Below are positions 18,782 through 28,236 of a DNA stretch of 64,000 bases, one piece after another (positions within the stretch are counted from its first letter, which is position 1; every line of letters begins with the position of its first letter). The position numbers were made by a program, and so were the translations under genes. Origin of the DNA: an uncultured bacterium (GTDB taxonomy: Bacteria; Verrucomicrobiota; Kiritimatiellia; CAIVKH01); the NCBI GenBank assembly GCA_903906425.1, contig CAIVKH010000238.1, positions 4,444 to 68,443 of the forward strand, given 5' to 3'. Under the pieces are notes generated by a model that made no database searches, was not told the origin of the DNA, and saw only the letters and a program-made list of their open reading frames with translations.

Positions 18782-20433
18782 GCGGGCGGAAAGTTGCAGA
18801 CAACGACGTATTTGTCATCGCGATAAATTTCACGGGCCTTCTTCCGGCAGCCGTCGCTCAGAAAATCCAGCGGCGATTTGTCCGTGCCGGCCTTGCCGCC
18901 GCGCTTGCGGTCGGTGGTGATGACAAAGACGCGCGGCTCGGAATCGAACCAGCGATAAACTTGGCCGACTTCTTCTTCTTTGTAGAGCCGGCCCAAAAGT
19001 CGCAGCCAATCACTTTCAATTTGCGGTTCGAATTTGTCGGAGAACGAGAGCGGATACTGGAGATAGAAATTCACGCCGCGCGGATAATTTTTGTAGAGCA
19101 CGACGCGGTCGCCGGGCCGCAGTTGCGGAATGAGCGCCTCGCACATTTTCCGCGGCGAGCTGTGCGCCTCAATTTCGTTTTCGTGGCGCGAAAGAATGCC
19201 GATGCAGGCGAGGTGGGTGACAACGATGAATGCCGCCGCGCCGATGAGCTTCTTCCCGCCCCGGGAAAGAACAGTCGCGAGCAGCGCGGCCGCAGCCGGC
19301 AAGAGCCAGATCGCGTCGCGCCAGATTAAGCCGTGATCCCATCCGAGCTGGCCCGGGCCGAGGAGGGCGAGCAGCGCGACAAGGAGCGCGGCCATGAGGA
19401 TCGAGAAGATCATCTGTTCCCGCCGACACCAGCGACTTTCGGCGGCGGTTTCGGCGGCTGCGAGGATAGCCAGCGGGGGAAAGAGCGGAAGAATGTAGGC
19501 GGGCAGTTTGGACTTCGACAGCGAGAACATGATGAGTGGCAGCACAACCCACAGGGTAAGCAGCCGAAATCGCGGGTCGGCGCGGAACCGGGAAACCACG
19601 TTTACGACTGGCATGGTCAACAGCGGAAACCACGGCAGGAAACCGCCGAGCAGTATCGGGATGAAATACCAGACAGGCTGCGAGCGGCCGGCGATGCCGC
19701 CAGACAAACGTCCGACGAGTTCCTGGCCGATGAAAAAATGCCAAAGCTCCGGGAACTTGACGCACGAGATGACGAACCACGACAGGCCGACGACGGCGCA
19801 GACGACGATTGCGGGCAAATTGAAAAGGCCCCGCCAGAGTTTGCCGTCGCGGGCAGGCAGATAGCGGTGGGCCACGAGCGTGAGGCCGACGATGCCGACG
19901 GCCGGCGGGCCTTTCGCGAGAAACGCGATGCCGAGCGCGATCCAGAAAATCCATTGCTGAAATTTCTTTCCGTCCTGAAACCACGCGACGGCTGCCCACA
20001 TCGAAAGCGTGATCCAGAAGGTCAGCATCATGTTCGGATCAATGATGTGCGCCATGACGAAGAACATCGGCGCGGTCAGCAAAATCAGCGTGGCCGCGAG
20101 CGCCTCGCGCTCGCCGTAGAGCCGCCGCGCGATGGATCGCGTGAGCAACAGCGTGCCGAGCGCGGCGAGCGCGGCGGGCAGGCGCGCCATCCATTCGTTG
20201 ACGCCGCCGATCCGATAGGAGAGCGAGCAGGCCCAATAAATCAGCGGCGGCTTGTTGAATTGTGCGAGATCGTAAAGCCGCGGCATGAGCCATGTGCCCG
20301 ACTTGAAAAATTCATAGCCGATGCCCGCGGTGCGGCCTTCGTCCGGCTCGGTGAGTCCGTAGTCTCCGAGCCGCCAGAAAAGCGCGAAGGCGCAGAACGT
20401 GAGCAGTAGAATGAATGCGGTGCGCCGGCTCAC
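18778..20433 (-). CDS. ArnT-like GT39/PMT_2 family membrane glycosyltransferase (paralogue B)
   Basis: LTEPDEGRTAGIGYEFFKSGTWLMPRLYDLAQFNKPPLIYW and more than 10 TM segments. GTG at 20433 overlaps the TGA of the upstream paralogue (GTGA). The track start 20583 would overlap that gene by 150 nt. Confidence 0.8.
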   Translation of the reverse strand: MSRRTAFILLLTFCAFALFWRLGDYGLTEPDEGRTAGIGYEFFKSGTWLMPRLYDLAQFNKPPLIYWACSLSYRIGGVNEWMARLPAALAALGTLLLTRSIARRLYGEREALAATLILLTAPMFFVMAHIIDPNMMLTFWITLSMWAAVAWFQDGKKFQQWIFWIALGIAFLAKGPPAVGIVGLTLVAHRYLPARDGKLWRGLFNLPAIVVCAVVGLSWFVISCVKFPELWHFFIGQELVGRLSGGIAGRSQPVWYFIPILLGGFLPWFPLLTMPVVNVVSRFRADPRFRLLTLWVVLPLIMFSLSKSKLPAYILPLFPPLAILAAAETAAESRWCRREQMIFSILMAALLVALLALLGPGQLGWDHGLIWRDAIWLLPAAAALLATVLSRGGKKLIGAAAFIVVTHLACIGILSRHENEIEAHSSPRKMCEALIPQLRPGDRVVLYKNYPRGVNFYLQYPLSFSDKFEPQIESDWLRLLGRLYKEEEVGQVYRWFDSEPRVFVITTDRKRGGKAGTDKSPLDFLSDGCRKKAREIYRDDKYVVVCNFPPA

Positions 20434-22133
20434 GGATTTTTCTCCGCGTCTTTTCGGAACAAAAAGGCGCTGACATCGAGCCGCGGCTGCTTCGCGAACG
20501 GCGCGGCCGGAATCGCGGACACATCCAGCGGTTGCTTCCGCGCCGAGCAGAGCAGTACATCGCCGGAATTCATGCCGGCCCAAGTCGCGGCAAGTCCGTT
20601 CGTGGACACGGCGACGTCGCGATGCGCGTACCAGGCGATGATCGAATTATGCGGGCCGGAAATGATGAACCGCGGCGCGGCCCGGATCGCCGCACGATTC
20701 GATGCGAGGAGTTCGACAATCGCGTGGTCGGCATCAACGATCTGTTCGAGCCGCAACGCATGGATTCCCGTCGCAAAGGCCAGGACAGCGGCGCAGGCAA
20801 CCATCGGCGCGATGACATCGCAGCGGAAAAAAAGCCGGAACAGCGCGACCGCGGCAAGCACCGAAACAAACGCGCCGGCCCAACCGAAAACGCGCGGCCA
20901 GGAAATCGGGCATGCGAAAAACCATGCCGCGAAAATCAGGAAGCCGGCCACCAGCGCGATCAGGCAGAGCGCGATGAGATAGACGCGCGCGAAGCCGGAG
21001 CAAAAATCGCGGCGCGGTTTCGTCTTTTCCAATGATTGGAAGTTTGCGCGGCCGTCTTTTCCAATGATTGGAAGTTTGCGCGCGGCCTCCGCGAGCAGCC
21101 AGCCGGTCAGAAGCGCGGACGGGGCGAAGAGCAGGAGCGCGTAGTGATTTTGTTTGCTGCTCAGCGCGCTGAGGATCGCGAACGAGGAGGCGAGCCAGCA
21201 AAGGAGATAGAGCGGGCCGCGATGGTGGCGGAGTTTTTTTGCGGCGCCAAAGATCGCGACGGGCAGCGCGAGCGCCCAGATGCCCAGGCGCGCGGGCAGC
21301 GTCCAGACGTAATAAAATATTGGGCCTTTGTGCGCTGATTCGGTCAGCAGGCGGTTGATTTCGTCGCCGGCCTGCGCGTTCGTGTTCGCCGTTTTGAGCG
21401 CGACGGCGATGTACCACGGCGCGGCGATGGCAGCGCAGATGACTAGCGCGACGATGATGCCGCGCAAAGTGAGAGCCGCGCGATGAGAACGCGCGACGAA
21501 AATAAATGTCGCCACGGCAGCGATGGGCATGGCGACGGAGGCGGGGCCTTTGAACATGAATCCGATGCCTGAAAAAATTCCGGCGAAAATCCAATGCTTC
21601 AGGTTTCCTGTGCGAACGGTCAGCGCGGTGAAGATCGAAAAAATCGTGAGCGAACAGAACAGTGCTTGCGGGATGTCGGTCTCGGCGAGGCGGGCGTGAC
21701 GGAGAAAGCCGACGGATGTGGCGAGGATGATGGCGCCAACAAATGCGGCGCGGCGGCCGATCAATCTTCGCCCGAGAAAAAATGTCGCAAGGACAAATGC
21801 GGTGCCGGCAGCCGCGGAAATTGCGCGCGCGGCGGCGGCGCTTTCGGTGGTGCCGGCGGCTTTGAAAGCCGAGGCGACGAGCCAGTACATGAGCGGCGGT
21901 TTGCGCAATCGTTCCGCGCCCATGAAATGCGGCACGATCCAGCTTCCGCCTTCGGCCATTTCGCGCGCGGCAAGCAAAACGCGGAGTTCCTGCTGGCGCG
22001 AAACGGAGCTTGCGCCCAGGCCTGGCAGCAGCAGCGCGGCGCACAGTAGGATGAGAAATGCGGCGGCCAGCCAGTTGTTTCTGGCAAGTTTGGAAATTGA
22101 AAACATGTTCGCGAACGCGGACGTTGCGTGCAC
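20430..22133 (-). CDS. ArnT-like GT39/PMT_2 family membrane glycosyltransferase (paralogue A) carrying an in-frame P15 pair
   Basis: SRQQELRVLLAAREMAEGGSWIVPHFMGAERLRKPPLMYW and many TM segments. The loop ...AEAARKLPIIGKDGRANFQSLEKTKPRRDF... is encoded by P15 copies at 21027-21073. Confidence 0.8.
   Translation of the reverse strand: MHATSAFANMFSISKLARNNWLAAAFLILLCAALLLPGLGASSVSRQQELRVLLAAREMAEGGSWIVPHFMGAERLRKPPLMYWLVASAFKAAGTTESAAAARAISAAAGTAFVLATFFLGRRLIGRRAAFVGAIILATSVGFLRHARLAETDIPQALFCSLTIFSIFTALTVRTGNLKHWIFAGIFSGIGFMFKGPASVAMPIAAVATFIFVARSHRAALTLRGIIVALVICAAIAAPWYIAVALKTANTNAQAGDEINRLLTESAHKGPIFYYVWTLPARLGIWALALPVAIFGAAKKLRHHRGPLYLLCWLASSFAILSALSSKQNHYALLLFAPSALLTGWLLAEAARKLPIIGKDGRANFQSLEKTKPRRDFCSGFARVYLIALCLIALVAGFLIFAAWFFACPISWPRVFGWAGAFVSVLAAVALFRLFFRCDVIAPMVACAAVLAFATGIHALRLEQIVDADHAIVELLASNRAAIRAAPRFIISGPHNSIIAWYAHRDVAVSTNGLAATWAGMNSGDVLLCSARKQPLDVSAIPAAPFAKQPRLDVSAFLFRKDAEKNP
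21027..21073. repeat. P15 pair inside a CDS, 32-bp phase
   Basis: Perfect TTCCAATGATTGGAA at 21027-21041 and 21059-21073. Spacer gtttgcgcggccgtctt. Translated on the minus strand as PIIG...FQSLE. Confidence 0.95.
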
Positions 22134-22136
22134 GGG

Positions 22137-22442
22137 CTAGCGGACGCGCGACGCCGCAGAGGCATCGCCTTCAAATTTGAAAATGGTCTCGCCGGGCTTG
22201 GCGTATCCAAAGTCCTCGCGGGCGATTTTTTCGACGAAGCGCGGATCGGTCTGGAGCCGGTCTTCCCTGATCTTCAGGTCGTCGAGCTTCGCTTGCTGTT
22301 GTTTAACGTCTTGCTCCAGCTCAGCTTTTCTCGTCAGCAGCGTGTGGCGTTCGAGGAGCGGCTTGCGATAACCGTATCCGATGGCAACGATGACAAGCGC
22401 CGCGCCAACTGCAATGGATGCTTTGAAGACGGTATTCCACAT
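22137..22442 (-). CDS. ftsB: Septum formation initiator FtsB/DivIC family
   Basis: N-terminal TM segment, coiled coil (ELEQDVKQQQAKLDDLKIREDRL), then DPRFVEKIAREDFGYAKPGE. Conserved eno-ftsB neighbourhood. Confidence 0.8.
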   Translation of the reverse strand: MWNTVFKASIAVGAALVIVAIGYGYRKPLLERHTLLTRKAELEQDVKQQQAKLDDLKIREDRLQTDPRFVEKIAREDFGYAKPGETIFKFEGDASAASRVR

Positions 22443-22494
22443 GATTTTTGCGGAGTGTAGTGAATCGTTAGTTTTTGGCTAGAACAGAAAATAG

Positions 22495-22525
22495 AAAAAA
22501 GCCCCGCCTGCGGGCGGGGCTTTTT
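22495..22525 (-). terminator. Rho-independent (bidirectional-looking) terminator after eno
   Basis: Stem gccccgcc/ggcggggc (22501-22508 / 22513-22520) with loop tgcg. Flanked by A6 on one side and T5 on the other, so a U-run follows the hairpin on either strand. Confidence 0.75.
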
Positions 22526-22552
22526 CTTCATGCGGCGCGGGCCGTCGCGTCA

Positions 22553-23836
<1,284 letters not shown>

Positions 23837-24156
23837 TTATGAAAAAAGTCGGCGCACGTTAGGCAAAACACCTGCGGGCCGCAAGCACGTATCCCGCGGA
23901 ATTTTCAAATCGGGGAAAAGCCGAAGGCCGTCTATTCCGTCAAGAATCTCTCGAAATGAAGCCGTGGCGCCGCGATCTCCATTGGTCTAAATGATGAAAT
24001 TGCCGGGAACGCTACGTCACCCGATTTCCGGCTCCAAAGCGAGAGACTATTCTTTGCAACTTTGCCTGCTGGACGATGCGGGTGCCATCAAGGCACCCGA
24101 TCTGCAAATTAAAATCACCGCACATCTCCCCTCGTTTGGTTGCTCTCAACAACCGC

Positions 24157-24594
24157 TCAGGAATGTGCCGTGTTCTTGTCGTCATCGAGTTCCTTTATGA
24201 TGCGGTCGTAACACGAAGGACAGACTCCGTGGCTGAATTCCGCCAGCGTTCGGTCGGATACATAGGCTTCCATCTGCTGCCACGCGCTGTTCTCGATTTG
24301 AACTTTCTTGCAGTACGAACAGACGATGATGAAGCCGCGCAAAATACGCTTTTTCTGAAGATATGTGTGGCCGACAGTGACGATGCAAACGGCAATGATG
24401 CCTGCGGTGATCAGGCTGGCCTTGAGCCAGTCCGCCGGTTCGTGCGGCGTGCCATACAACAGGTGCTTCAGATCGACAATTTCTGCCGCCCAAACGAAGC
24501 AGATCAAGAGAAGGAAACACATGAACTGCCAGAACGCGACGTGTTCCAGCGGCTTTTGCAAGGGCTGTTCGCGGTTCATCTGCGGGTTCTTCAT
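24157..24594 (-). CDS. Hypothetical membrane protein with C-terminal Cys4 tail (CSYCKK...SHGVCPSC)
   Basis: Two or three TM segments, then IIVCSYCKKVQIENSAWQQMEAYVSDRTLAEFSHGVCPSCYDRI. AT-richer than its surroundings. Confidence 0.55.
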   Translation of the reverse strand: MKNPQMNREQPLQKPLEHVAFWQFMCFLLLICFVWAAEIVDLKHLLYGTPHEPADWLKASLITAGIIAVCIVTVGHTYLQKKRILRGFIIVCSYCKKVQIENSAWQQMEAYVSDRTLAEFSHGVCPSCYDRIIKELDDDKNTAHS

Positions 24595-24745
24595 CTGGTC
24601 AGCTTAGCTTTCGGCCCTGTCTATTGTAAGTTTTTTCTGCCCGGTCCGGATGCGGAATGAACTCCATTCCTTTGGACGAAGCGTGCCTGTCCCGACGCAG
24701 GGCGGATTCCCTCTTGATTCGGCTTGATCTGCCGGCGTTCATTTC

Positions 24746-24763
24746 GTTCAATCTAGATTGAAC
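24746..24763. promoter_or_regulatory. 18-bp perfect palindrome GTTCAATCTAGATTGAAC (candidate operator)
   Basis: Read directly. Lies in the 430-bp divergent region between the minus-strand Cys4 membrane protein gene (24594) and the GbsR/MarR-like regulator gene (25024). Confidence 0.4.
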
Positions 24764-24881
24764 GCTTGAGTCATGCGTGTGTACACTTGGTCCTCCGACA
24801 AGCCGCAATCCGCTTCGGGACGCGACGGGGACGAAGTCTGCCAGCCTCCGCTGCCAATTTGCTCAATCGATCAACGCGAAG

Positions 24882-24928
24882 TTCCAATGATTGGAAACTG
24901 CCGTTGCCGGATTTTCCAATCATTGGAG
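24882..24928. repeat. P15 pair, 32-bp phase
   Basis: Perfect copy at 24882-24896. Copy at 24914-24928 is ttccaatcattggaG (1 mismatch). Spacer actgccgttgccggatt. Confidence 0.9.
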
Positions 24929-25023
24929 ATTCCGCGCGCGATGCCGATGCCTCCTTGCATTTGAATTGAACCCGCCACGCCAGTCCTGCCTACAGAGCGC
25001 AGGATGTGCCTTGGGAAATAAAT

Positions 25024-25524
25024 ATGACGGATAACCCTGATCTCATTCGACAACGCTTCATTGAGGCAACCGGCAACGCGACGCAGGCCATCGGCGTCGG
25101 GCGGATCATCGGGCAGGTTTTCGCACACGCCTACCTGAGCCGCGAACCGCAAACACTGGACGATCTGTGCGACAAGCTTGGCATCAGCAAAGGCAGCGCC
25201 AGCATGGTCGTCCGGCAGCTCGAAAGCTGGTCCGCGCTCAAGCGCGTCTGGGTCAAGGGCGACCGGAAAATGTATTACGAAACGACCGACGAATTCGGAA
25301 AAATCTTCCGCAAGGCGCTGTTTGATTTCGTCGGACGGACGATGGAAACAAGCAACGGCCTGCTCGCCGAGGCCGACGCCGCGCTCTCCGCGAAAAACAC
25401 GAAGGGCGCGAAAAACAGCGAGGATCTTGAATTTTTGCATGACCGCATCGCCAAGGTCCGGAATTTCCGCGACCGCGCGCAATATCTTTGGAACAGCCCC
25501 GTGATCCGGACGCTCTTCAAATAA
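25024..25524 (+). CDS. GbsR/MarR-type winged-helix transcriptional regulator
   Basis: ...GRIIGQVFAHAYLSREPQTLDDLCDKLGISKGSASMVVRQLESWSALKRVWVKGDRKMYYE... ATG at 25024. Confidence 0.7.
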   Translation: MTDNPDLIRQRFIEATGNATQAIGVGRIIGQVFAHAYLSREPQTLDDLCDKLGISKGSASMVVRQLESWSALKRVWVKGDRKMYYETTDEFGKIFRKALFDFVGRTMETSNGLLAEADAALSAKNTKGAKNSEDLEFLHDRIAKVRNFRDRAQYLWNSPVIRTLFK

Positions 25525-25551
25525 CCCGGCGTTAAATCCGCAACGTGAAAT

Positions 25552-27006
25552 TTGAAATCGCCTGACGAAATCCTTTCCGCCGCCCGCGTCGCCATCGCGC
25601 GCGATCCATCCGCAGGTTATCCGCCGCTTTCCGCCGCGCCATTTCACCCGTCGGAGCAAATACCAGAATATCGCGGACCGGTTGCGAAAGAACACAATCC
25701 AGTATTTGCGCTCGTGCGCGAGGCGCTTCGCGAACTCGGCCTCGATGCTGCCAGATTTGGAACGGCGGAATGGAATCCGATCGGCGATCTCGTGCCGGCC
25801 GGCGCGAAGATTGTCGTGAAACCGAACTGGGTTTTGCATCGGAATGAAGGCAGCGGCGGAACCGACGAGTTGATCACGCACGCATCGGTTCTGCGGGCCA
25901 TCCTCGAATATGTGTGGCTCGCGAATCCGGGCAAGGTTGTCGTCGGCGACGCGCCGCTGCAAATCTGCGATTTCGGCGCGATGATGAAACTTGGGTTCGA
26001 CCGCGTGGCCGACTATTTCAAATCTTCGGGTCGCGAAATCGTCGTGAAAGACTTCCGGCGGACGGTGATGGTTCGCGAAGATACCAGGGCGGATGTCAGT
26101 GAAAATCTGAAACCGCTTGATGATTTTGTCATCGTTGATCTCGGCCGCGATAGCTTGCTCGAACCGATATCTGGTGACGCGGGAAAATTCCGCGTGACGA
26201 TGTACGATCCGCGCAAGATGGGCGAAAACCACCGGCCCGGTGTTCACCGCTATTTGATCGCCCGCGATGTGCTCGAAGCGGACCTCGTCATCAACGTTCC
26301 GAAATTGAAGACGCACAAAAAAGCAGGCGTGACGCTCGCGCTGAAGAATCTGGTCGGCATCAACGGCAACAAGGACTTTTTGCCGCACCACCGCAAAGGC
26401 GCGGCGAATCGCGGCGGCGACAATTACGCGGAAGCATCGCTGCCGAAAACGGCGGCGGAGAATCTTCTCGATTTTATCAACCGCCATCTCGACAAGCCGC
26501 GGTTTTATCAGCGTAGCGCGGTGATGATTTACAAGCTGCTCTGGTTCGACAAAATTCGCGGCAGGCTGACGGACATCGAAGGCGGCTGGCACGGCAACGA
26601 CACGATCTGGCGGACGTGCCTGGATTTGAACAAGGCGCTGATTTACGCGGATGCAAATGGAAGATTTCACGACACGCCGCAACGGAAGACGCTGCACATT
26701 TGCGACGGGATCATCGGCGGCGAAGGCGAAGGGCCGCTGCGACCGATCGCGCGGAAAGCCGGCGTCATCACAGCTGCGATCAACGCCACGGCTCATGACT
26801 GGATCGCCACGAAAATCATGGGATTCGATCCGGCGCTGATTCCGATTTGCCGCCACGCGTTCGATGCGCAGAAATTCCCGCTCGCGGATTTTTCGCCGGA
26901 TTCGATCGAAATTCGCGGAAGTCCTTTGATGCCGGCCCAACCACCATTCAAGCCGGCCGCGGGCTGGCGTGCAAAACTTCTCGCGCAGGAAACGGCTAAT
27001 TTATGA
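25552..27006 (+). CDS. DUF362 domain protein (paralogue 1)
   Basis: IVVKPNWVLH..., INVPKLKTHKKAGVTLALKNLVGINGNKDFLPHH, WHGNDTIWRTCLDLNKA. TTG start is uncertain. Confidence 0.6.
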   Translation: MKSPDEILSAARVAIARDPSAGYPPLSAAPFHPSEQIPEYRGPVAKEHNPVFALVREALRELGLDAARFGTAEWNPIGDLVPAGAKIVVKPNWVLHRNEGSGGTDELITHASVLRAILEYVWLANPGKVVVGDAPLQICDFGAMMKLGFDRVADYFKSSGREIVVKDFRRTVMVREDTRADVSENLKPLDDFVIVDLGRDSLLEPISGDAGKFRVTMYDPRKMGENHRPGVHRYLIARDVLEADLVINVPKLKTHKKAGVTLALKNLVGINGNKDFLPHHRKGAANRGGDNYAEASLPKTAAENLLDFINRHLDKPRFYQRSAVMIYKLLWFDKIRGRLTDIEGGWHGNDTIWRTCLDLNKALIYADANGRFHDTPQRKTLHICDGIIGGEGEGPLRPIARKAGVITAAINATAHDWIATKIMGFDPALIPICRHAFDAQKFPLADFSPDSIEIRGSPLMPAQPPFKPAAGWRAKLLAQETANL

Positions 27007-28175
27007 AACCGATTCGCCCCAATGAAAATTTTCTCATCTTCGGCTCGCCCGCGATCGAGCAGCCGGAAATTGACGAGGTGATGGATTGTTTCAAGCGCAG
27101 CTGGCTCGGCACCGGGCCGAAGGTCGCGAAGTTCGAGGAGGATTTTTGTGGTTATATCGGCGCGCCGAATGCGACGGCGGTGAATTCCTGTACCGCTGCA
27201 CTTCATCTGAGTTTGATCGCCAGCGGCGTCGGGCCCGGCGACGAGGTCATCACGACGCCGATGACGTTTTGCGCGACGGCGAACGCGATCATTCACGCGG
27301 GCGCAATGCCGGTGCTCGCGGACGTCGATCCGCAAACGATGAATCTCGATCCGCGCGAGGTGGCGAAAAAAATCACGCCGAAGACTCGCGCGATCTTGCC
27401 AGTGCATTTTGCGGGACGCCCGTGCGACATGCCGGCGCTCGTCGCGCTGGCGGAAAAACACGGGCTGAAGATCATCGAGGATTGCGCACACGCGATCGAA
27501 ACGCAGATTGGCGAAAAACACGCGGGAACGTTCGGCGATTTCGGCTGTTTCAGTTTTTATGTGACGAAAAACATCATCACCGGCGAGGGCGGGATGGTCG
27601 TGACGAAACGCGAGGAGGACGCCGCACGGATCAAGATGCTCGCGCTGCACGGCATGAGCAAGGACGCGTGGAAGCGGTTCAGCGACGAGGGCTACAAGCA
27701 TTATCAAGTGGTCGAATGCGGCTTCAAATACAACATGATGGACGTGCAGGCAGCGATCGGAATCCACCAGCTGCGGCGCATTGAAACCTACTGGCGACGC
27801 CGGACGGAGCTCTGGGCGCGCTACAACGAAGCATTTGCGAAGCTTCCGATCACGCTGCCCGCGCCCGCCGCGCCCGGCACGCGCCACGCATTTCATCTTT
27901 ATTCGATTTTCGTGGACGAGTCGCGCTGCGGAATTTCGCGCGACGCCTTTCTCGACGGCATGACGCGGCACAACATCGGCGTCGGCGTTCACTATCTGAG
28001 CCTGCCGGAACATCCGTATTATCAGCGCACATTCGGCTGGCGCGCCGGGGATTTTCCGAACGCGATGAAGATCGGCCAGCAGACCGCGAGCCTGCCGCTT
28101 TCGGCAAAACTCACAGATGACGATGTCGCGGATGTGATCGCGGCGGTGCGGCAGCTCTGCGGGAATTTCCAATGA
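27003..28175 (+). CDS. DegT/DnrJ/EryC1/StrS-family PLP-dependent sugar aminotransferase
   Basis: ...CTAALHLSL..., FCATANAIIHAGAMPVLADVD, FSFYVTKNIITGEGGMVVT (PLP Lys). ATGA overlap with DUF362. The stop TGA is the centre of P15 copy 28167-28181. Confidence 0.9.
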   Translation: MKPIRPNENFLIFGSPAIEQPEIDEVMDCFKRSWLGTGPKVAKFEEDFCGYIGAPNATAVNSCTAALHLSLIASGVGPGDEVITTPMTFCATANAIIHAGAMPVLADVDPQTMNLDPREVAKKITPKTRAILPVHFAGRPCDMPALVALAEKHGLKIIEDCAHAIETQIGEKHAGTFGDFGCFSFYVTKNIITGEGGMVVTKREEDAARIKMLALHGMSKDAWKRFSDEGYKHYQVVECGFKYNMMDVQAAIGIHQLRRIETYWRRRTELWARYNEAFAKLPITLPAPAAPGTRHAFHLYSIFVDESRCGISRDAFLDGMTRHNIGVGVHYLSLPEHPYYQRTFGWRAGDFPNAMKIGQQTASLPLSAKLTDDDVADVIAAVRQLCGNFQ

Positions 28176-28213
28176 TTGGAAGTTGCGAGGGCTGTTTTTT
28201 CCAACCATTGGAA
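28167..28213. repeat. P15 pair, 32-bp phase
   Basis: Perfect copy at 28167-28181. Copy at 28199-28213 is ttccaaCcattggaa. Spacer gttgcgagggctgtttt. Confidence 0.9.
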
Positions 28214-28236
28214 ATTTTCGGGACGGATTAAGTTCG

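Noticed and set aside
24080-24098. Hairpin gggtgcc-atcaa-ggcaccc downstream of the Cys4 membrane protein gene as a terminator
   Set aside because: No U-run follows it on either strand.
24871-26940. 689-aa minus-strand ORF
   Set aside because: Antisense to the GbsR-like regulator and DUF362 genes. Arg-rich low-complexity translation. Starts within a P15 pair.
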